Positions 55,824-64,000 of a stretch of 64,000 bases of DNA are shown here, piece by piece; position 1 is the stretch's first letter, and every line of letters begins with the position of its first letter. This DNA is from a virus. The notes under the pieces were generated by a model that saw only the letters and a list, made by a program, of their open reading frames with translations, made no database searches and had not been told where the DNA came from. A program made the translations under genes and the position numbers. Where the stretch lies: the IMG/VR virus record IMGVR_UViG_3300045971_000149, positions 64,001 through 128,000 of that record; one strand, given 5' to 3'.

Positions 55824-56123
55824 GTGAAAAGACATACTCGTAGCCTGCTCGAAGAGCTGAACGACATAGCAGTTAAGAAAGATACCGAAACTGTAGTTGA
55901 AAGCCGTGCGGTCCACGTCATCAACAGTGCTATCAATTTATTAACATTGATCCGCGAAAACTTTGAGCCAGAGTTGGCATATGAGTTAGAGAGACGATTT
56001 ATAAATTCGATTAAGGGTGCGGATCCTGCTAAGTTTACACGAGGTATCCGCAAGCTACGTGATTCAAAGGACCTTAAAAGCAATCTACGTATTATAGAAG
56101 GTGACGCCAAAAAAGACGACTAA
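55824..56123 (+). CDS. hypothetical protein
   Basis: GTG start after AAGGA; TAAATA upstream. Confidence 0.8.
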   Translation: MKRHTRSLLEELNDIAVKKDTETVVESRAVHVINSAINLLTLIRENFEPELAYELERRFINSIKGADPAKFTRGIRKLRDSKDLKSNLRIIEGDAKKDD

Positions 56124-56207
56124 TTGATGTTTTTTTGAGATCGTGATAAATACTTTTACAAATTGCTTCAGAGAGAAGCAAGTCATACGAGATCAAGGAG
56201 AAATATT

Positions 56208-56582
56208 ATGACAGCAGGAATTACACGTATTCATGGCACTTCATTAGCAGGTGACTTCCGCGGTGGTTATCAACCACGTATTTTTAAAGTTGTCCCTACA
56301 CAAGGCGACTTTTCAATTGGCTATTCAGCTACAGCTACAAACAGCGTATTCGAAGGTGCAGTTCGCGCTATCGAAAACGTTGCATCGCTTGTTCAAGTTG
56401 GTGTTCCAACAGCAGCAGGTTTCGTTGTTGTAGTTGACGGTGGTAACTACTACGGTCGTGGTGATAACACTGGCTATGCAGCTGATACATCAGCAGCTAC
56501 TTTGAAGTCAAACATCGAAGCATTCACAGCAGTTACAGCTACAGTTACTGAAGTTGTATTCAGCGGTATCACATTAGTTTAA
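56208..56582 (+). CDS. probable virion structural protein
   Basis: start MTAGITRIHG after AAGGAG; own TAAATA promoter and terminator. Confidence 0.7.
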   Translation: MTAGITRIHGTSLAGDFRGGYQPRIFKVVPTQGDFSIGYSATATNSVFEGAVRAIENVASLVQVGVPTAAGFVVVVDGGNYYGRGDNTGYAADTSAATLKSNIEAFTAVTATVTEVVFSGITLV

Positions 56583-56595
56583 TTAATTTTTAACT

Positions 56596-56628
56596 AAGAA
56601 AAGGGAGTTTTTAACTCCCTTTTCTTTT
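56596..56628 (+). terminator. intrinsic terminator
   Basis: AAGAAAAGGGAGTT-ttt-AACTCCCTTTTCTTTT. Confidence 0.85.
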
Positions 56629-56655
56629 GACATAAATATCATATATAGGTACATA

Positions 56656-57075
56656 ATGGACGTTATTGAAATTAAAACCCTTATTGATATTACTAACACA
56701 GAAGTTAGGCGAATCAATCAAGGCACCCAAATAGAATTAGATCAGTTTCGCAACTGGACCACATTGTTACAATGTATAGGTATGCGAGCAATCATGACAT
56801 ACGATAAAAACCCAATAAGTAATACTGAGAATATTGATAATTTAGGGTTTGGCACAGAATATAAAGGTGTGCATACAGTATGGACTTTTAGATTTCGCCC
56901 CGATAGGGAAGGAACATTTGCAGACATTAGTTTATTAAAGGCCGACTTAGATCAAGTTCCTATTATACTAGACCTTTGTGATAGCATAAATCTTACAGAG
57001 ATAATAAATACTCCAAGGGCAGTGTTTAATGTATCTGATAAGAAATACATGAACACAGTGGTTAAGGCAATATAG
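56656..57075 (+). CDS. hypothetical protein
   Basis: TLIDITNT...NWTTLLQCIGMR. Confidence 0.8.
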   Translation: MDVIEIKTLIDITNTEVRRINQGTQIELDQFRNWTTLLQCIGMRAIMTYDKNPISNTENIDNLGFGTEYKGVHTVWTFRFRPDREGTFADISLLKADLDQVPIILDLCDSINLTEIINTPRAVFNVSDKKYMNTVVKAI

Positions 57076-57118
57076 ACCGCGACAGTATAAGATAAACAAA
57101 TTTCCTGGAGATGATTTT

Positions 57119-57349
57119 ATGGCCGGACCAACAGACATTGAAAAAGAAAACCTTGAAGCACACGTAGAGTTATGTGCCTATCGTTTTCAGCATTTAGATG
57201 ACCGCCTTACAAAGATCGAAACTAAAGTAAGCACATTGCAAGATACAATTGAGAAGAGTCATCTTAGTATGATTAAGGTACTAATTGGCACCGCTGGCAC
57301 AGTAGTTGCAGGTGTGTTATCAACTCTTGTTGTTATATTAACCAAATAA
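57119..57349 (+). CDS. small coiled-coil protein with C-terminal membrane anchor
   Basis: LEAHVELCAYR; hydrophobic C-terminus; GGAG RBS. Confidence 0.8.
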   Translation: MAGPTDIEKENLEAHVELCAYRFQHLDDRLTKIETKVSTLQDTIEKSHLSMIKVLIGTAGTVVAGVLSTLVVILTK

Positions 57350-57351
57350 AA

Positions 57352-57942
57352 ATGAGATTTACTGAGTTTGTAAAAGAAGCAAATGTTCCGCAACCTGTAG
57401 GTGGTACAGGTGCAGCTTCGGGAGTATCCGGCATGTCCGGTGCAACTACTCAACCGAAAACTGTTACTGCACCAAAACCAGTAACTGCTACCAAACCAAT
57501 ACAACAAGTGACACCTGCAGGACAGGCTGCACAACCAAGTCAATCGTCGTCTACTGTAGGTACTACAGGCAGCAGTACAGCACCTATTCCCAAGCCCGAA
57601 GATCAAATGGGGCAGGAGCCGGCTCCTGCAGGCCAACCAGTGCAACCTAATACTCAACAGGCACAACCTAACCCACAACAAGATCAGTTACGTAACGATG
57701 CCGCGGTAATGGCAAAACGGTTAGGAATGAATCCTCAACAGACACAGGCATTTACCAATAAAGTTATAGGAACTGGGCAGACTAACGACCCACAAGCTAT
57801 ACAAAAAGCATTGCCAAAGCCGGGCGAAAAACTTGGGCAAGCAACAGTAATGCAATCACCTGCTGGGTCCAAAGGGATTAAGCTAGATACTAGAAATCAG
57901 TTAGGTTATCCTGTAACCGTTGACCCCCAAGATCTAACGTAA
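57352..57942 (+). CDS. Gln/Pro-rich low-complexity protein, possibly head-internal
   Basis: MRFTEFVKEA start. Confidence 0.7.
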   Translation: MRFTEFVKEANVPQPVGGTGAASGVSGMSGATTQPKTVTAPKPVTATKPIQQVTPAGQAAQPSQSSSTVGTTGSSTAPIPKPEDQMGQEPAPAGQPVQPNTQQAQPNPQQDQLRNDAAVMAKRLGMNPQQTQAFTNKVIGTGQTNDPQAIQKALPKPGEKLGQATVMQSPAGSKGIKLDTRNQLGYPVTVDPQDLT

Positions 57943-58163
57943 TGAAAATACATCAACTTTTAGGTGGACCTTCCATCATCATCACTAATGAAGAACAAAC
58001 CTTCATTGACCAGCATCATAACGAGATCTCAATAGACAACTTACACGATCGTGAAGAAGTAGTGGCTCGTAATCTAGTACGCAAGGGCGTATATGAAATA
58101 AGTAATGATAGTAACAGAATCATTCTTAAAAAAGATGCAAAAAATAAATCCACAATTATTTGA
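57942..58163 (+). CDS. hypothetical protein
   Basis: 73 aa, TAATG coupling. Confidence 0.7.
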   Translation: MKIHQLLGGPSIIITNEEQTFIDQHHNEISIDNLHDREEVVARNLVRKGVYEISNDSNRIILKKDAKNKSTII

Positions 58164-58602
58164 AAAAATAGAACGCCTAGCTAATACAGTTAAACAAGAG
58201 TTTAAACAAAAAGGATTAGCGATCCCACATAAAAACAGAGATGGATCTGTGCAAATGGGAGACTTTATAATTACAAAGCACGATTCGTCATTTTGGATTA
58301 GACACGTATTAGGGTACGATGTTGCGGGCCCTATCAACTTAGCCCAAACAGCGGCTGTGATTGCTAACGATTTAGCATTAGGTCGAGCAGTTGATCTAAA
58401 GTTATTAACTAGTGATAAATGGTACGGATACAAGGCATTCGATGTACAAGCATGCCAAATTCATGTAGCTAGTGCTCTAAAAAAGAAAGATTACGATAAA
58501 GCCGACTATAATATTAGCAGGATTGATCTTGCCCAAGAACAGATGCTATACTATAAACGACCTATAGATTCTAGGTTTGCTAAACTAAGAAGTTTAACAT
58601 AA
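58135..58602 (+). CDS. hypothetical protein
   Basis: start MQKINPQ. Confidence 0.7.
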   Translation: MQKINPQLFEKIERLANTVKQEFKQKGLAIPHKNRDGSVQMGDFIITKHDSSFWIRHVLGYDVAGPINLAQTAAVIANDLALGRAVDLKLLTSDKWYGYKAFDVQACQIHVASALKKKDYDKADYNISRIDLAQEQMLYYKRPIDSRFAKLRSLT

Positions 58603-58630
58603 ATACATTAAACGTTTTTTGGAAACCAAT

Positions 58631-60019
58631 ATGAAATCTACCGAAATGAATCGTCCGGTTACTGCCGCTCAATTAAATGAGAATATGTACAAACAGTTTA
58701 ATGTAAAAATTAACTTTGAGAAGTACACACGTGAGCAGTTGGAAAATGCGCGTAATTTATTGCGTACAAAGACCGGTACTGTTGAATCAAGTGCCAACTT
58801 CAACGATTTACTTTCTAATGAAAGTTATCAGCGTGACAAGTTTATGCTTGGTGTACTAAACACTAAGATTAAAGAGATGCTAGGCGAAAGTAAATTAGCT
58901 GAACTATCTGTTAAAAAGTTAGATAAATTTCGTAAAGATGCTAGGGCAGCATCACGCGATGATTCAACTCCAGATGATAAAAAAATAAAACATATCACCG
59001 GCGCACAAAAAGCAGATAAAAAAATAATGGCTAAAACAGGTAAGTACGCCGAAGACATTAACCAATCAGGAAACAAAATGAAAAATAAAAAAACAACCGA
59101 AGCAGCACCTGCAACTATAAAGACATCTTCCGGCGGCCACGCTACCCGTACTGCTACTGGCGTTGTACATAAAGCAGGTTCAAAAGGTTACGGCAACAAG
59201 TGGGATGGCGAGACACAAGATCAAGCTCCTGCAAAGTCCAAGGCTGCAAAGTCAGCTGCTGAAAAGAAAGCAAGCAAAGCAAACGATATCAAACTTCCAG
59301 CATGGAAGGGTAATGTTACAAAGCATAGTAGCAACCACGGTGCTGAGAAAGATGACGGCACAGGTGATGTATCCGAAGCCTTAAAAGGTAAGCAGAAGAA
59401 GTTAGATGCTGACAAAGACGGCAAGCTAGAAAAGAGCGACTTTAAGAAGCTTCGTGCAAAGAAGTCTGTTAAAGAAAGTGAAATGATGCACCTTGCATAT
59501 GCAAACTTCATTAACGAAGGTCTACGCCGTTTTGTTGCAGAAGATGAAGAAGGTAAAGCTAAGTCCATTACAGCAGCAGCTGATATGGTTAACGACTTTA
59601 CAAGTTGGATGCAACGTGTTGGTAACTATCAAACAAAGAGTATGATTGAATTAGCAGATAATATTCGTGCTAACTTTGGTATGCAAGAAGCTGAAACATT
59701 TAAGCAAGCTGTCGGTCAAGCACTTGAAGGTGCATTAAACTCATTAACAACTGCTCGCGAAGAAATTAACAATGCTGTTGCTGTTCTAGCAGGTGAAGCT
59801 CCTGCTGAAGAACAAATGGGGCAGGACATGAGCCAAGATGTCGGTGATGTTGGAATGGCAGATCCAGAAATGGATGCAAGCATGGATGCAATGAATCCAT
59901 CAGCAGAAGACGAGTTCGCAGCAAGCGATGCAGCATCAGGCGGCCCTGACACAACTGGTCGTGCAATGCGCGAGCACATCGAAAAGGGCAATCGATTAAT
60001 GAGAATGCTAGGTTCATAA
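58631..60019 (+). CDS. probable prohead core/internal head protein
   Basis: Lys-rich disordered middle, LDADKDGKLEKSDF loop, acidic Met-rich C-terminus; TAAATA upstream. Confidence 0.6.
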   Translation: MKSTEMNRPVTAAQLNENMYKQFNVKINFEKYTREQLENARNLLRTKTGTVESSANFNDLLSNESYQRDKFMLGVLNTKIKEMLGESKLAELSVKKLDKFRKDARAASRDDSTPDDKKIKHITGAQKADKKIMAKTGKYAEDINQSGNKMKNKKTTEAAPATIKTSSGGHATRTATGVVHKAGSKGYGNKWDGETQDQAPAKSKAAKSAAEKKASKANDIKLPAWKGNVTKHSSNHGAEKDDGTGDVSEALKGKQKKLDADKDGKLEKSDFKKLRAKKSVKESEMMHLAYANFINEGLRRFVAEDEEGKAKSITAAADMVNDFTSWMQRVGNYQTKSMIELADNIRANFGMQEAETFKQAVGQALEGALNSLTTAREEINNAVAVLAGEAPAEEQMGQDMSQDVGDVGMADPEMDASMDAMNPSAEDEFAASDAASGGPDTTGRAMREHIEKGNRLMRMLGS

Positions 60020-60363
60020 TGCGTTTATTTGAAGTTGCTGGCAATCAATTTCAGGATGACCTTGCAAATGTCTTAAAAGTTATGCAAGGTCAAGCTGATA
60101 ACAAAAGAACTACAAGTAAAGTATTGTGGTCCGATATTAACAATAGACTACAAGGGTACGGCGAAGTTAATCAAGCCATGATGGATAAAGTTAAAGATAA
60201 TATTGATCCAGACGGTAACCTTATCCAAGATATTGTACCAGACGGTATTATCCTTAAAACTCAAGTAGCAAGTCCGGAACAGCCGATGGGTATACAACCC
60301 GCAAATGCTGGAAAATCCGTAGATTCAATGGCGCACTCTGCGGCGCAAGATACTCTAAAATAA
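60019..60363 (+). CDS. hypothetical protein
   Basis: MRLFEVAG start. Confidence 0.75.
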   Translation: MRLFEVAGNQFQDDLANVLKVMQGQADNKRTTSKVLWSDINNRLQGYGEVNQAMMDKVKDNIDPDGNLIQDIVPDGIILKTQVASPEQPMGIQPANAGKSVDSMAHSAAQDTLK

Positions 60364-60366
60364 TTG

Positions 60367-60395
60367 TTGTATTTGCTCATTGTTTGTTGTATAAT
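60367..60395 (+). promoter_or_regulatory. sigma70 promoter
   Basis: TTGTAT-17-TATAAT; ATG 5 nt downstream. Confidence 0.65.
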
Positions 60396-60400
60396 GAACA

Positions 60401-61102
60401 ATGAGCTCTACAATAACAATTAACCCTCCTCCTTTTGTCGAAAAACATCAGTACCAAAGCTGTAAACAAATAAACGATCCTGTCACTCGTAAGCGTGTTT
60501 ACCTAACACCAGACGGACTCAAAACTCCAAGTGTAACAACTATCCTTAGTGCCACTAAAGACATGACACACTTGAATGAATGGAAAAAGCGTATCGGCGC
60601 CGAAAAGGCGCAACAGATCGTAACCGAAGCATCCGGAGTTGGCACTGCAATGCACGGTAATCTAGAACGATTCATCGCGGGTATTGCACGACAACCCGGT
60701 AACAATCCTGTGCATGTGCAAGCTAATAAAATGGCCGATGTTATTATTGCAAACGGTTTGAGCAAGGTAAACGAAGTTTGGGCAATGGAGCAAAGTTTGT
60801 ACTTTCCGGGGCTGTACAGCGGAACAACTGACTTAGTTGGAGTGTACGACGAGCAGCCGGCAGTAATGGATTACAAGCAAACAAATAAGCCAAAAAAAGC
60901 AGAATGGGTTGAAGATTATTATTTACAACTTATGGCTTATATATTAGCACATAATGAGGTTTATAAGTCTGACATTAGGACAGGTGTTATCTTCATGTGC
61001 AGTAGAGATCTACAATACCAGCAATTTACTCTAGAACCTAAAGACTTCAACAAGTATCAAGATTTATGGCTAGCTAAGGTAGAAGAATACTACAATTTGT
61101 AA
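60401..61102 (+). CDS. PD-(D/E)XK exonuclease
   Basis: PSVTTIL, GTAMHG.LE, YSGTTDL...MDYKQ, YYLQL.AY. Confidence 0.88.
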   Translation: MSSTITINPPPFVEKHQYQSCKQINDPVTRKRVYLTPDGLKTPSVTTILSATKDMTHLNEWKKRIGAEKAQQIVTEASGVGTAMHGNLERFIAGIARQPGNNPVHVQANKMADVIIANGLSKVNEVWAMEQSLYFPGLYSGTTDLVGVYDEQPAVMDYKQTNKPKKAEWVEDYYLQLMAYILAHNEVYKSDIRTGVIFMCSRDLQYQQFTLEPKDFNKYQDLWLAKVEEYYNL

Positions 61103-61141
61103 TCGCTGTTTCAGATAAATATCTCATACAGGAGATATCCA

Positions 61142-62722
61142 ATGGCAGTTATTCAGATTAGTAAGATTCAAATACGACGCGGGCAAACGAAGCAGACAAA
61201 CTTCCCGCAACTAGCCAGTGGAGAATTTGGGTGGAGCATTGATAATCAAGAGCTGTTTATCGGTAATGGTGCAGTGTCCGAAGGTGCTCCTGCTGTCGGC
61301 AATACTCGTGTATTAACTGATCACGACATTAAAAATCTATTTACATTTTTTGATAACGAAAGAGGTATTCAGTATACCTACAGAAATGATAATAAAGCTA
61401 CTACTCGCTGGTTACAAGATAGATTAGACGAACAAGTTACTTTAGATGCGTTTATAACTACATCAACTGATTGTACCGCTGCTCTTCAAACCGCAGTTAA
61501 TTATTTGTTTAATGGAACAATTACAAATTACGGTCCACTACTTCTTCCGGGAAAGAATTATGTCGTAACCGGTACAGTGTATATTCCTCCACATGCTGAA
61601 ATACGTGGAGCAGGCACACAAAAAACATTCATTACAAACACATCTAATAAATCAATATTTCAAACAGTGGCAGCAAACGGCGGAACACTGCTAGCCACAC
61701 AAAATGTTAACATCAGCGGTATTACCTTTAGTTCACAGTTAGATAACGCCAATCCTATTATGCAGTTAGATTGTTTAACAGACAGCGCAATAACAAATTG
61801 TGAATTTATCGGTAATGCATCTTCAAGTACTTCCGCAATTGCAGTACAACTACGAGATAACGCCATTACTGGTGCAAATTCTACTGATAATGTATTGATT
61901 GCTAATTGTGTATTCTCAAAGGTATCAAGTGGAGTTAGTAGTGATACTGATATTACAAACATAAAGATTTTCAGTAACAAGTTTAAGAGTGTAGATAGAG
62001 GAGTTGTATTAGGCGAAACAATTGCAATTAGTTCGGCTTCTATGTACGGCCCAACAAATATTCTTATTTCAAATAATACATTTAGCGATGTTAACAAACA
62101 AGCAATCTATTCCGGCACCACAATATACCCGGGTGGGCCTAATGTACAAAGTATAAACAACACTTATAAGAATGTTGGAAACTCAAGTAACGGAAATACA
62201 CAGATAACTGAAGTTATACGATTCGAGAGTCCCGGTAGTAGATCCGACGGTGATACGTTTTCTAGATTAACAGATATTAATGCTCTTACATTCTCAATTA
62301 CATCTGCAACAGTGCAGCCGTTAGTAAGTGGATCAGTTAGCTTAGTTAGTAAAACGACTGTTATTCCAGTTAACATTACAACTCGTCTAGCTGGCCAGAC
62401 ATATTTGATATACCCGATGGCATCGACTTCAACCGGGTTGACTATGATTATTGATTACGGGTTTGTCCAACCCGATACAGGTGTTCGTAGATTGGGTAAG
62501 CTTACAGTTGCAATGGATAGTTCTAATACGCCTACTGTACGTGACGAATATTCGTTTACCGGACCAAACGACGGATTCTTGTATTTTGTTGCAGAGCCAA
62601 CTAGCCAATATCCGGGCTATAACACATTAGCCACAGTACAAAACGGCGCAATTGTGTTACAATTAAGATGTGATATTAACTTCACAGGTTATTTAACCTA
62701 CTCATATACAGTAAGGCAGTAA
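61142..62722 (+). CDS. virion protein with beta-helix (pectate-lyase-like) domain
   Basis: IQIRRG...PQLASGEFGW N-terminus; DCTAALQTA, LPG..Y, parallel beta-helix repeats. Confidence 0.75.
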   Translation: MAVIQISKIQIRRGQTKQTNFPQLASGEFGWSIDNQELFIGNGAVSEGAPAVGNTRVLTDHDIKNLFTFFDNERGIQYTYRNDNKATTRWLQDRLDEQVTLDAFITTSTDCTAALQTAVNYLFNGTITNYGPLLLPGKNYVVTGTVYIPPHAEIRGAGTQKTFITNTSNKSIFQTVAANGGTLLATQNVNISGITFSSQLDNANPIMQLDCLTDSAITNCEFIGNASSSTSAIAVQLRDNAITGANSTDNVLIANCVFSKVSSGVSSDTDITNIKIFSNKFKSVDRGVVLGETIAISSASMYGPTNILISNNTFSDVNKQAIYSGTTIYPGGPNVQSINNTYKNVGNSSNGNTQITEVIRFESPGSRSDGDTFSRLTDINALTFSITSATVQPLVSGSVSLVSKTTVIPVNITTRLAGQTYLIYPMASTSTGLTMIIDYGFVQPDTGVRRLGKLTVAMDSSNTPTVRDEYSFTGPNDGFLYFVAEPTSQYPGYNTLATVQNGAIVLQLRCDINFTGYLTYSYTVRQ

Positions 62723-63156
62723 TGTTTAAATTAGATGTAGAGGCTAGGCTAGCCGCCTGGTCTGCCCTGCGCAAGCAGATAAGCGTCAGTGAGTCCCCTT
62801 TCCAGGAACTTATTAACTTTTGGGCACATACCCCATTCACTCCACACAATCACCATATCGACCCATACCATCAAGCATCTTGGGCAACTCCTTGGGAAAT
62901 AATTGTGGAGAATAAGTATGATGATTTTACCAAAGCAGTAATGATAGGGTATTCATTGCAGCTTACTGATCGGTATAAAAATTCCAACATTCAAATACGT
63001 ACTCTTATAGACACAGAACACAACAGATTGTATAATGTAGTATATGTAGACGATGCATGGGCCCTAAACTTTGACGATAATCAAGTGGTGGCTGTTGAAA
63101 ATATACCGAGTTCATTCAGATTAGAAAATCTAATCGAGTTAAAACGCCCAAGGTAA
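62722..63156 (+). CDS. hypothetical protein
   Basis: 144 aa, W.TPWEII. Confidence 0.75.
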   Translation: MFKLDVEARLAAWSALRKQISVSESPFQELINFWAHTPFTPHNHHIDPYHQASWATPWEIIVENKYDDFTKAVMIGYSLQLTDRYKNSNIQIRTLIDTEHNRLYNVVYVDDAWALNFDDNQVVAVENIPSSFRLENLIELKRPR

Positions 63157-63200
63157 ATATCAATCTCAGCGTTAGAAATACAATAATTACAAGGTATACA

Positions 63201-64000
63201 ATGATTACAGTTGTCAAGCGTAATGGTAAAAGAGTTCCATTAGACATTAGCAAGATACAGAGACAGGTAGCACATGATTGCAAAGGCATTGACGGAGTTA
63301 GTCCGTCAATGATTGAAATTAAAGCACAAATAGAATTACATGATGGGATGTCAACTAAGACAATCGACGAACTTTTGCTAAAAGCAATGGTCGACTTAAT
63401 CGATGAAACAGAAAACCCAGAAATCAATAATGTAAATTATCAATATGTAGCAGGTAGACAAAAAGTCAGTATGCTACGCAAAGAAGTATACGGAGAATAC
63501 GATCCTCCTCGATTATACGACATCGTAACAAAGAATGTAGAACTAGGTATGTATTCTAGTGAATTACTAGATTGGTACACTAAAGAAGAATGGGATATTA
63601 TTGATCTGTTTCTAGATCATGATAAAGACGAGAACTATACCTACGCCGCAGTTGCACAGCTTGCTGAAAAATATCTTGTGCAAAACAGAGCAACAGGTCA
63701 AATCTACGAAACTCCACAAGTACGTTATGCTATTGCAGCAGCAACAGCATTCCACAACGAAGCCAGAGATAAGCGATTAAAGTATGTTAAAGATTATTAC
63801 GAGTGTGCTAGTGACGGCCATTTTACCCTTGCCACTCCTGTGCTTGCTGGGCTTGGGACTCCTACTAAACAGTTTAGTAGTTGTGTTCTCATTAGCTCCG
63901 ACGATACACTGGACTCTATTTTCGCCTCGGGCGAGATGATGGCAAAGTATGCTAGCAAACGCGCTGGCATCGGATTAGAGATTGGACGTATACGGCCTGT
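63201..64000 (+). CDS. nrdA: ribonucleotide reductase class Ia alpha subunit (5' part)
   Basis: ATP cone MITVVKRNG; KYLVQNR..YETPQ; ATPVLAGLGTPTKQFSSCVL; not in ORF track because it runs off the window. Confidence 0.95.
   Translation, partial: MITVVKRNGKRVPLDISKIQRQVAHDCKGIDGVSPSMIEIKAQIELHDGMSTKTIDELLLKAMVDLIDETENPEINNVNYQYVAGRQKVSMLRKEVYGEYDPPRLYDIVTKNVELGMYSSELLDWYTKEEWDIIDLFLDHDKDENYTYAAVAQLAEKYLVQNRATGQIYETPQVRYAIAAATAFHNEARDKRLKYVKDYYECASDGHFTLATPVLAGLGTPTKQFSSCVLISSDDTLDSIFASGEMMAKYASKRAGIGLEIGRIRP

Noticed and set aside
45317-62722. Diversity-generating retroelement acting on fibre genes
   Set aside because: No reverse transcriptase and no template/variable repeat pair differing at adenines was seen; the 78-bp repeat is an in-frame tandem.
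63116-63427. 103-aa minus-strand ORF
   Set aside because: It is antisense to the nrdA ATP-cone region.
1-64000. Stop-codon reassignment
   Set aside because: Recognisable genes are full length in the standard code, and TAA, TAG and TGA all end tightly coupled genes.

Overview
This window is 64 kb of a large (probably jumbo) tailed-phage genome with T4-like gene-expression signals and the standard genetic code. (1) 1-4.2 kb: a GC-richer array of small minus-strand early genes, most fronted by a repeated sigma70 promoter+RBS cassette, followed by a CAU tRNA (probably Ile2). (2) 4.5-6.5 kb: a GT9-like glycosyltransferase and a largely non-coding stretch with five co-oriented CAGCGGGGTC motifs, phased A-tracts and a G/C skew flip (candidate origin or packaging site). 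(3) 7.7 kb: a SleB-like cell-wall hydrolase. (4) 8.7-38.5 kb: an AT-rich tailoring-enzyme island with 8 radical-SAM proteins, 9 AspH-like 2OG-Fe(II) oxygenases, at least 5 glycosyltransferase-like genes, a sulfotransferase, an APS kinase, a methyltransferase, GNAT, SDR, nitroreductase-like, QueC-like and two kinase-like proteins, plus an unannotated 31-aa cationic ORF. It is driven by TAAATA late-type promoters that often lie only 4-8 nt upstream of the ATG, implying leaderless mRNAs. (5) 39-45 kb: ATP-dependent DNA ligase, small hypotheticals, IF-1, an HNH nuclease and an epimerase. (6) 45-63 kb: tail-fibre and other virion proteins, a secreted non-specific nuclease, a candidate structured ncRNA, putative head-internal proteins, a PD-(D/E)XK exonuclease and the 5' part of nrdA. 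The leading candidate for an undescribed system is the late-expressed rSAM/oxygenase/glycan island. All functional calls come from motif recognition by eye; no database searches were run.
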